A DNA stretch of 64,000 nt, taken from contig OZ024741.1 in NCBI GenBank assembly GCA_964016885.1, positions 23,746,001-23,810,000 of the forward strand, in the 5' to 3' direction. This DNA comes from Eledone cirrhosa (Eukaryota). Made by a program: the position numbers and the translations under genes. The notes below the pieces were generated by a model. That model was not told the DNA's origin. It saw only the letters and a list, made by a program, of their open reading frames with translations, and did not search any database. Positions within the stretch are counted from its first letter, which is position 1, and every line of letters starts with the position of its first letter. This document shows positions 41,601-53,600 of the stretch, piece by piece.

Positions 41601-44600
41601 TTTCACCCTTCCACAGTCATTTCCCCCACTCTTCTCACCCTGTCACTTTCACCCTTCCACAGTCATTTCCCCCACTCTTCTCACCCTGTCACTTTCACCC
41701 TTCCACAGTCATTTCCCCCACTCTTCTCACCCTGTCACTTTCACCCTTCCACAGTCATTTCCCCCACTCTTCTCACCCTGTCACTTTCACCCTTCCACAG
41801 TCATTTCCCCCACTCTTCTCACCCTGTCACTTTCACCCTTCCACAGTCATTTCCCCCACTCTTGTCATCCTGTCACTTTCACCCTTCCACAGTCATTTCC
41901 CCCACTCTTCTCATCCTGTCACTTTCACCCTTCCACAGTCATTTCCCCCACTCTTCTCATCCTGTCACTTTCACCCTTCCACAGTCATTTCCCCCACTCT
42001 TCTCACCCTGTCACTTTCACCCTTCCACAGTCATTTCCCCCACTCTTCTCACCCAGTCACTTTCACCCTTCCACAGTCATTTCCCCCACTCTTCTCATCC
42101 TGTCACTTTCACCCTTCCACAGTCATTTCCCCCACTCTTCTCATCCTGTCACTTTCACCCTTCCACAGTCATTTCCCCCACTCTTCTCACCCTGTCACTT
42201 TCACCCTTCCACAGTCATTTCCCCCACTCTTCTCACCCAGTCACTTTCACCCTTCCACAGTCATTTCCCCCACTCTTCTCATCCTGTCACTTTCACCCTT
42301 CCACAGTCATTTCCCCCACTCTTCTCATCCTGTCACTTTCACCCTTCCACAGTCATTTTCCCCACTCTTCTCATCCTGTCACTTTCACCCTTCCACAGTC
42401 ATTTCCCCCACTCTTCTCATCCTGTCACTTTCACCCTTCCACAGTCATTTCCCCCACTCTTCTCACCCTGTCACTTTCACCCTTCCACAGTCATTTCCCC
42501 CACTCTTCTCACCCAGTCGCTTTCACCCTTCCAGTCATTTCCCCCACTCTTCTCACCCTGTCACTTTCACCCTTCCAGTCATTTCCCCCACTCTTCTCAC
42601 CCAGTCACTTTCACCCTTCCAGTCATTTCCCCCACTCTTCTCATCCTGTCACTTTCACCCTTCCACAGTCATTTTTCCCACTCTTCTCACCCTGTCACTT
42701 TCACCCTTCCACAGTCATTTCCCCCACTCTTCTCACCCAGTCGCTTTCACCCTTCCAGTCATTTCCCCCACTCTTCTCACCCTGTCACTTTCACCCTTCC
42801 AGTCATTTCCCCCACTCTTCTCACCCAGTCACTTTCACCCTTCCAGTCATTTCCCCCACTCTTCTCATCCTGTCACTTTCACCCTTCCACAGTCATTTTT
42901 CCCACTCTTCTCATCCTGTCACTTTCACCCTTCCAGTCATTTCCCCCACTCTTCTCACCCTGTCACTTTCACCCTTCCAGTCATTTCCCCACTCTTCTCA
43001 CCCTGTCACTTTCACCCTTCCAGTCATTTCCCCCACTCTTCTCACCCTGTCACTTTCACCGTTCCAGTCATTTCCCCCACTCTTCTCACCCAGTCACTTT
43101 CACCCTTCCAGTCATTTCCCCCACTCTTCTCACCCTGTCACTTTCACCCTTCCAGTCATTTCCCCCACTCTTCTCACCCTGTCACTTTCACCCTTCCACA
43201 GTCATTTCCCCCACTCTTCTCACCCAGTCACTTTCACCCTTCCAGTCATTTCCCCCACTCTTCTCACCCTGTCACTTTCACCCTTCCAGTCATTTCCCCC
43301 ACTCTTCTCACCCTGTCACTTTCACCCTTCCACAGTCATTTCCCCCACTCCTCTCACCCAGTCACTTTCACCCTTCCAGTCATTTCCCCCACTCTTCTCA
43401 CCCTGTCACTTTCACCCTTCCAGTCATTTCCCCCACTCTTCTCACTCTGTCACTTTCACCCTTCCACAGTCATTTCCCCCACTCTTCTCACCCAGTCACT
43501 TTCACCCTTCCAGTCATTTCCCCCACTCCTCTCACCCTGTCACTTTCACCCTTCCAGTCATTTCCCCCACTCTTCTCACCCAGTCACTTTCACCCTTCCA
43601 GTCATTTCCCCCACTCTTCTCACTCTGTCACTTTCACCCTTCCACAGTCATTTCCCCCACTCTTCTCACCCTGTCACTTTCACCCTTCCACAGTCATTTC
43701 CCCCACTCTTCTCACCCAGTCTCTTTCACCCTTCCACAGTCATTTCCCCCACTCTTCTCACCCTGTCACTTTCACCTTTCCACAGTCATTTCCCCCACTC
43801 CTCTCACCCAGTCACTTTCACCCTTCCACAGTCATTTCCCCCACTCTTCTCACCCTGTCACTTTCACCCTTCCACAGTCATTTCCCCCACTCTTCTCACC
43901 GTCACTTTCACCCTTCCACAGTCATTTCCCCCACTCTTCTCACCCTGTCACTTTCACCCTTCCAGTGATTTCCCCCACTCTTCTCACCCTGTCACTTTCA
44001 CCCTTGCAGTGATTTCCCCCACTCTTCTCACCCTGTCACTTTCACCCTTCCACAGTCATTTCCCCCACTCTTCTCACCCAGTCACTTTCACCCTTCCACA
44101 GTCATTTCCCCCACTCTTCTCACCCTGTCACTTTCACCCTTCCACAGTCATTTCCCCCACTCTTCTCACCCTGTCACTTTCACCTTTCCACAGTCATTTC
44201 CCCCACTCTTCTCACCCAGTCACTTTCACCCTTCCAGTCATTTCCCCCACTCTTCTCACCCAGTCACTTTCACCCTTCCAGTCATTTCCCCCACTCTTCT
44301 CACCCAGTCACTTTCACCCTTCCAGTCATTTCCCCCACTCTTCTCATCCTGTCACTTTCACCCTTCCACAGTCATTTTTCCCACTCTTCTCATCCTGTCA
44401 CTTTCACCCTTCCACAGTCATTTCCCCCACTCTTCTCACCCTGTCACTTTCACCCTTCCAGTCATTTCCCCCACTCTTCTCACCCTGTCACTTTCACCCT
44501 TCCAGTCATTTCCCCACTCTTCTCACCCTGTCACTTTCACCCTTCCAGTCATTTCCCCCACTCTTCTCATCCTGTCACTTTCACCCTTCCAGTCATTTCC

Positions 44601-47600
44601 CCCACTCTTCTCACCCTGTCACTTTCACCCTTCCAGTCATTTCCCCCACTCTTCTCACCCTGTCAATTTCACCCTTCCAGTCATTTCCCCCACTCTTCTC
44701 ACTCTGTCACTTTCACCCTTCCAGTCATTTCCCCCACTCTTCTCATCCTGTCACTTTCACCCTTCCAGTCATTTCCCCCACTCTTCTCACCCAGTCACTT
44801 TCACCCTTCCAGTCATTTCCCCACTCTTCTCACCCTGTCACTTTCACCCTTCCAGTCATTTCCCCCACTCTTCTCACCCAGTCACTTTCACCCTTCCAGT
44901 CATTTCCCCCACTCTTCTCACCCAGTCACTTTCACCCTTCCAGTCATTTCCCCCACTCTTCTCACCCAGTCACTTTCACCCTTCCAGTCATTTCCCCCAC
45001 TCTTCTCACCCAGTCACTTTCACCCTTCCAGTCATTTCCCCCACTCTTCTCACCCTGTCACTTTCACCCTTCCAGTCATTTCCCCCACTCTTCTCACCCT
45101 GTCACTTTCACCCTTCCAGTCATTTCCCCCACTCTTCTCACTCTGTCACTTTCACACTTCCAGTCATTTCCCCCACTCTTCTCACCCTGTCACTTTCACC
45201 CTTCCACAGTCATTTCCCCCACTCTTCTCACCCTGTCACTTTCACCCTTCCAGTCATTTCCCCCACTCTTCTCACCCAGTCACTTTCACCCTTCCAGTCA
45301 TTTCCCCCACTCTTCTCACCCAGTCACTTTCACCCTTCCACAGTCATTTCCCCCACTCTTCTCACCCAGTCACTTTCACCCTTCCACAGTCATTTCCCCC
45401 ACTCTTCTCACCCAGTCACTTTCACCCTTCCACAGTCATTTACCCCACTCTTCTCACCCAGTCACTTTCACCCTTCCACAGTCATTTCCTCCACTCTTCT
45501 CACCCAGTCACTTTCACCCTTCCACAGTCATTTCCCCCACTCTTCTCACTCTGTCACTTTCACCCTTCTACAGTCATTTCCCCCACTCTTCTCACCCAGT
45601 CACTTTCACCCTTCCACAGTCATTTCCCCCACTCCTCTCACCCTGTCACTTTCACCCTTCCAGTCATTTCCCCCACTCTTCTAACCCAGTCACTTTCACC
45701 CTTCCACAGTCATTTGCCCCACTCTTCTCACTCTGTCACTTTCACCCTTCCACAGTCATTTCCCCCATTCTTCTCACCCTGTCACTTTCACCCTTCCACA
45801 GTCATTTCCCCCACTCTTCTCACCCAGTCACTTTCACCCTTCCACAGTCATTTCCCCCACTCTTCTCACCCATTCACTTTCACCCTTCCACAGTCATTTC
45901 CCCCACTCTTCTCACTCTGTCACTTTCACCCTTCCACAGTCATTTCCCCCACTCTTCTCACCCAGTCACTTTCACCTTTCCACAGTCATTTCCCCCACTC
46001 TTCTCACCCTGTCACTTTCACCCTTCCACAGTCATTTCCCCCACTCTTCTCACCGTCACTTTCACCCTTCCACAGTCATTTCCCCCACTCTTCTCACCCT
46101 GTCACTTTCACCCTTCCAGTGATTTCCCCCACTCTTCTCCCCCTGTCACTTTCACCCTTCCAGTGATTTCCCCCACTCTTCTCACCCTGTCACTTTCACC
46201 CTTCCACAGTCATTTCCCCCACTCTTCTCACCCAGTCACTTTCACCCTTCCACAGTCATTTCCCCCACTCTTCTCACCCTGTCACTTTCACCCTTCCAGT
46301 GATTTCCCCCACTCTTCTCACCCTGTCACTTTCACCCTTGCAGTGATTTCCCCCACTCTTTTCACCCTGTCACTTTCACCCTTCCACAGTCATTTCCCCC
46401 ACTCTTCTCACCCAGTCACTTTCACCCTTCCACAGTCATTTCCCCCACTCTTCTCACCCTGTCACTTTCACCCTTCCACAGTCATTTCCCCCACTCTTCT
46501 CACCCTGTCACTTTCACCCTTCCACAGTCATTTCCCCCACTCTTCTCACCCAGTCACTTTCACCCTTCCACAGTCATTTCCCCCACTCTTCTCATCCTGT
46601 CACTTTCACCCTTCCACAGTCATTTCCCCCACTCTTCTCATCCTGTCACTTTCACCCTTCCACAGTCATTTCCCCCACTCTTCTCATCCTGTCACTTTCA
46701 CCCTTCCACAGTCATTTCCCCCACTCTTCTCACCCTGTCACTTTCACCCTTCCACAGTCATTTCCCCCACTCTTCTCACCCAGTCACTTTCACCCTTCCA
46801 GTCATTTCCCCCACTCTTCTCACCCAGTCACTTTCACCCTTCCAGTCATTTCCCCCACTCTTCTCATCCTGTCACTTTCACCCTTCCACAGTCATTTTTC
46901 CCACTCTTCTTATCCTGTCACTTTCACCCTTCCACAGTCATTTCCCCCACTCTTCTCACCCTGTCACTTTCACCCTTCCAGTCATTTCCCCCACTCTTCT
47001 CACCCAGTCACTTTCACCCTTCCAGTCATTTCCCCCACTCTTCTCATCCAGTCACTTTCACCCTTCCACATTCATTTCCCCCACTCTTCTCATCCTGTCA
47101 CTTTCACCCTTCCACAGTCATTTCCCCCACTCTTCTCACCCTGTCACTTTCACCCTTCCACAGTCATTTCCCCCACTCTTCTCACCCTGTCACTTTCACC
47201 CTTCCACAGTCATTTCCCCCACTCTTCTCACCCTGTCACTTTCACCCTTCCACAGTCATTTCCCCCACTCTTCTCACCCTGTCACTTTCACCCTTCCACA
47301 GTCATTTCCCCCACTCTTCTCACCCTGTCACTTTCACCCTTCCACAGTCATTTCCCCCACTCTTGTCATCCTGTCACTTTCACCCTTCCACAGTCATTTC
47401 CCCCACTCTTCTCATCCTGTCACTTTCACCCTTCCACAGTCATTTCCCCCACTCTTCTCATCCTGTCACTTTCACCCTTCCACAGTCATTTCCCCCACTC
47501 TTCTCACCCTGTCACTTTCACCCTTCCACAGTCATTTCCCCCACTCTTCTCACCCAGTCACTTTCACCCTTCCACAGTCATTTCCCCCACTCTTCTCATC

Positions 47601-50600
47601 CTGTCACTTTCACCCTTCCACAGTCATTTCCCCCACTCTTCTCACCCTGTCACTTTCACCCTTCCACAGTCATTTCCCCCACTCTTCTCACCCAGTCACT
47701 TTCACCCTTCCACAGTCATTTCCCCCACTCTTCTCATCCTGTCACTTTCACCCTTCCACAGTCATTTCCCCCACTCTTCTCATCCTGTCACTTTCACCCT
47801 TCCACAGTCATTTTCCCCACTCTTCTCATCCTGTCACTTTCACCCTTCCACAGTCATTTCCCCCACTCTTCTCATCCTGTCACTTTCACCCTTCCACAGT
47901 CATTTCCCCCACTCTTCTCACCCTGTCACTTTCACCCTTCCACAGTCATTTCCCCCACTCTTCTCACCCAGTCGCTTTCACCCTTCCAGTCATTTCCCCC
48001 ACTCTTCTCACCCTGTCACTTTCACCCTTCCAGTCATTTCCCCCACTCTTCTCACCCAGTCACTTTCACCCTTCCAGTCATTTCCCCCACTCTTCTCATC
48101 CTGTCACTTTCACCCTTCCACAGTCATTTTTCCCACTCTTCTCACCCTGTCACTTTCACCCTTCCACAGTCATTTCCCCCACTCTTCTCACCCAGTCGCT
48201 TTCACCCTTCCAGTCATTTCCCCCACTCTTCTCACCCTGTCACTTTCACCCTTCCAGTCATTTCCCCCACTCTTCTCACCCAGTCACTTTCACCCTTCCA
48301 GTCATTTCCCCCACTCTTCTCATCCTGTCACTTTCACCCTTCCACAGTCATTTTTCCCACTCTTCTCATCCTGTCACTTTCACCCTTCCAGTCATTTCCC
48401 CCACTCTTCTCACCCTGTCACTTTCACCCTTCCAGTCATTTCCCCACTCTTCTCACCCTGTCACTTTCACCCTTCCAGTCATTTCCCCCACTCTTCTCAC
48501 CCTGTCACTTTCACCGTTCCAGTCATTTCCCCCACTCTTCTCACCCAGTCACTTTCACCCTTCCAGTCATTTCCCCCACTCTTCTCACCCTGTCACTTTC
48601 ACCCTTCCAGTCATTTCCCCCACTCTTCTCACCCTGTCACTTTCACCCTTCCACAGTCATTTCCCCCACTCTTCTCACCCAGTCACTTTCACCCTTCCAG
48701 TCATTTCCCCCACTCTTCTCACCCTGTCACTTTCACCCTTCCAGTCATTTCCCCCACTCTTCTCACCCTGTCACTTTCACCCTTCCACAGTCATTTCCCC
48801 CACTCCTCTCACCCAGTCACTTTCACCCTTCCAGTCATTTCCCCCACTCTTCTCACCCTGTCACTTTCACCCTTCCAGTCATTTCCCCCACTCTTCTCAC
48901 TCTGTCACTTTCACCCTTCCACAGTCATTTCCCCCACTCTTCTCACCCAGTCACTTTCACCCTTCCAGTCATTTCCCCCACTCCTCTCACCCTGTCACTT
49001 TCACCCTTCCAGTCATTTCCCCCACTCTTCTCACCCAGTCACTTTCACCCTTCCAGTCATTTCCCCCACTCTTCTCACTCTGTCACTTTCACCCTTCCAC
49101 AGTCATTTCCCCCACTCTTCTCACCCTGTCACTTTCACCCTTCCACAGTCATTTCCCCCACTCTTCTCACCCAGTCTCTTTCACCCTTCCACAGTCATTT
49201 CCCCCACTCTTCTCACCCTGTCACTTTCACCTTTCCACAGTCATTTCCCCCACTCCTCTCACCCAGTCACTTTCACCCTTCCACAGTCATTTCCCCCACT
49301 CTTCTCACCCTGTCACTTTCACCCTTCCACAGTCATTTCCCCCACTCTTCTCACCGTCACTTTCACCCTTCCACAGTCATTTCCCCCACTCTTCTCACCC
49401 TGTCACTTTCACCCTTCCAGTGATTTCCCCCACTCTTCTCACCCTGTCACTTTCACCCTTGCAGTGATTTCCCCCACTCTTCTCACCCTGTCACTTTCAC
49501 CCTTCCACAGTCATTTCCCCCACTCTTCTCACCCAGTCACTTTCACCCTTCCACAGTCATTTCCCCCACTCTTCTCACCCTGTCACTTTCACCCTTCCAC
49601 AGTCATTTCCCCCACTCTTCTCACCCTGTCACTTTCACCTTTCCACAGTCATTTCCCCCACTCTTCTCACCCAGTCACTTTCACCCTTCCAGTCATTTCC
49701 CCCACTCTTCTCACCCAGTCACTTTCACCCTTCCAGTCATTTCCCCCACTCTTCTCACCCAGTCACTTTCACCCTTCCAGTCATTTCCCCCACTCTTCTC
49801 ATCCTGTCACTTTCACCCTTCCACAGTCATTTTTCCCACTCTTCTCATCCTGTCACTTTCACCCTTCCACAGTCATTTCCCCCACTCTTCTCACCCTGTC
49901 ACTTTCACCCTTCCAGTCATTTCCCCCACTCTTCTCACCCTGTCACTTTCACCCTTCCAGTCATTTCCCCACTCTTCTCACCCTGTCACTTTCACCCTTC
50001 CAGTCATTTCCCCCACTCTTCTCATCCTGTCACTTTCACCCTTCCAGTCATTTCCCCCACTCTTCTCACCCTGTCACTTTCACCCTTCCAGTCATTTCCC
50101 CCACTCTTCTCACCCTGTCAATTTCACCCTTCCAGTCATTTCCCCCACTCTTCTCACTCTGTCACTTTCACCCTTCCAGTCATTTCCCCCACTCTTCTCA
50201 TCCTGTCACTTTCACCCTTCCAGTCATTTCCCCCACTCTTCTCACCCAGTCACTTTCACCCTTCCAGTCATTTCCCCACTCTTCTCACCCTGTCACTTTC
50301 ACCCTTCCAGTCATTTCCCCCACTCTTCTCACCCAGTCACTTTCACCCTTCCAGTCATTTCCCCCACTCTTCTCACCCAGTCACTTTCACCCTTCCAGTC
50401 ATTTCCCCCACTCTTCTCACCCAGTCACTTTCACCCTTCCAGTCATTTCCCCCACTCTTCTCACCCAGTCACTTTCACCCTTCCAGTCATTTCCCCCACT
50501 CTTCTCACCCTGTCACTTTCACCCTTCCAGTCATTTCCCCCACTCTTCTCACCCTGTCACTTTCACCCTTCCAGTCATTTCCCCCACTCTTCTCACTCTG

Positions 50601-53600
50601 TCACTTTCACACTTCCAGTCATTTCCCCCACTCTTCTCACCCTGTCACTTTCACCCTTCCACAGTCATTTCCCCCACTCTTCTCACCCAGTCACTTTCAC
50701 CCTTCCAGTCATTTCCCCCACTCTTCTCACTCTGTCACTTTCACCCTTCCACAGTCATTTCCCCCACTCTTCTCACCCTGACACTTTCACCCTTCCAGTC
50801 ATTTCCCCCACTCTTCTCACCCTGTCACTTTCACCCTTCCAGTCATTTCCCCCACTCTTCTCACTCTGTCACTTTCACCCTTCCAGTCATTTCCCCCACT
50901 CTTCTCACCCTGTCACTTTCACCCTTCCACAGTCATTTCCCCCACTCTTCTCACCCTGTCACTTTCACCCTTCCAGTCATTTCCCCCACTCTTCTCACTC
51001 TGTCACTTTCACCCTTCCACAGTCATTTCCCCCACTCTTCTCACCCTGTCACTTTCACCCTTCCACAGTCATTTCCCCCACTCTTCTCACCCTGTCACTT
51101 TCACCCTTCCAGTCATTTCCCCCACTCTTCTCACTCTGTCACTTTCACCCTTCCAGTCATTTCCCCCACTCTTCTCACCCTGTCACTTTCACCCTTCCAG
51201 TCATTTCCCCCACTCTTCTCACCCTGTCACTTTCACCCTTCCAGTCATTTCCCCCACTCTTCTCACCCTGTCACTTTCACCCTTCCACAGTCATTTCCCC
51301 CACTCTTCTCACCCTGTCACTTTCACCCTTCCAGTCATTTCCCCCACTCTTCTCATCCTGTCACTTTCACCCTTCCAGTCATTTCCCCCACTCTTCTCAC
51401 CCTGTCACTTTCACCCTTCCACAGTCATTTCCCCCACTCTTCTCACCCTGTCACTTTCACCCTTCCACAGTCATTTCCCCCACTCTTCTCACCCAGTCAC
51501 TTTCTCCCTTCCAGTCATTTCCCCCACTCTTCTCACCCTGTCACTTTCACCCTTCGACAGTCATTTCCCCCACTCTTCTCACCCAGTCACTTTCACCCTT
51601 CCAGTCATTTCCCCCACTCCTCTCACCCTGTCACTTTCACCCTTCCAGTCATTTCCCCCACTCTTCTCACCCTGTCACTTTCACCCTTCCAGTCATTTCC
51701 CCCACTCTTCTCACCCAGTCACTTTCACCCTTCCAATCATTTCCCCCACTCTTCTCACTCTGTCACTTTCACCCTTCCACAGTCATTTCCCCCACTCTTC
51801 TCACCCTGTCACTTTCACCCTTCCACAGTCATTTCCCCCACTCTTCTCACCCAGTCACTTTCACCCTTCCACAGTCATTTCCCCCACTCTTCTCACCCTG
51901 TCACTTTCACCCTTCCACAGTCATTTCCCCCACTCCTCTCACCCAGTCACTTTCACCCTTCCACAGTCATTTCCCCCACTCTTCTCACCCTGTCACTTTC
52001 ACCCTTCCACAGTCATTTCCCCCACTCTTCTCACCCTGTCACTTTCACCCTTCCACAGTCATTTCCCCCACTCCTCTCACCCAGTCACTTTCACCCTTCC
52101 ACAGTCATTTCCCCCACTCTTCTCACCGTCACTTTCACCCTTCCACAGTCATTTCCCCCACTCTTCTCACCCTGTCACTTTCACCCTTCCAGTGATTTCC
52201 CCCACTCTTCTCCCCCTGTCACTTTCACCCTTCCAGTGATTTCCCCCACTCTTCTCACCCTGTCACTTTCACCCTTCCACAGTCATTTCCCCCACTCTTC
52301 TCACCCAGTCACTTTCACCCTTCCACAGTCATTTCCCCCACTCTTCTCACCCAGTCACTTTCACCCTTCCAGTCATTTCCCCCACTCTTCTCACCCTGTC
52401 ACTTTCACCCTTCCACAGTCATTTCCCCCACTCTTCTCACCCAGTCACTTTCACCCTTCCACAGTCATTTCCCCCACTCTTCTCACCCTGTCACTTTCAC
52501 CCTTCCACAGTCATTTCCCCCACTCTTCTCACCCAGTCACTTTCACCCTTCCACAGTCATTTCCCCCACTCTTCTCACCCTGTCACTTTCACCCTTCCAG
52601 TCATTTCCCCCACTCTTCTCACCCAGTCACTTTCACCCTTCCAGTCATTTCCCCCACTCTTCTCACCCTGTCACTTTCACCCTTCCACAGTCATTTCCCC
52701 CACTCTTCTCACCCAGTCACTTTCGCCCTTCCACAGTCATTTCCCCCACTCTTCTCACCCTGTCACTTTCACCCTTCCACAGTCATTTCCCCCACTCTTC
52801 TCACCCTGTCACTTTCACCCTTCCACAGTCATTTCCCCCACTCTTCTCACCCAGTCACTTTCACCCTTCCACAGTCATTTCCCCCACTCTTCTCACCCTG
52901 TCACTTTCACCCTTCCACAGTCATTTCCCCCACTCCTCTCACTCTGTCACTTTCACCCTTCCAGGGTCATTTCCCCCACTCTTCTCACCCAGTCACTTTC
53001 ACCCTTCCACAGTCATTTCCCCCACTTCTCTCACCCAGTCACTTTCACCCTTCCACAGTCATTTCCCCCACTCTTCTCACCCAGTCACTTTCACCCTTCC
53101 ACAGTCATTTCCCCCACTCTTCTCACCCAGTCACTTTCACCCTTCCACAGTCATTTCCCCCGCTCTTCTCACTCTATCACTTTCACCCTTCCACAGTCAT
53201 TTCCCCCACTCTTCTCACCCAGTCACTTTCACCCTTCCACAGTCATTTCCCCCGCTCTTCTCACTCTGTCACTTTCACCCTTCCACAGTCATTTCCCCCA
53301 CTCTTCTCACCCAGTCACTTTCACCCTTCCACAGTCATTTCCCCCACTCTTCTCACCCAGTCACTTTCACCCTTCCACAGTCATTTCCCACGCTCTTCTC
53401 ACCCAGTCACTTTCACCCTTCCACAGTCATTTCCCCCACTCTTCTCACCCTGTCACTTTCACCCTTCCACAGTCATTTCCCCCACTCCTCTCACTCTGTC
53501 ACTTTCACCCTTCCACAGTCATTTCCCCCACTCTTCTCACCCAGTCACTTTCACCCTTCCACCGTCATTTCCCCCACTCTTCTCACCCTGTCACTTTCAC

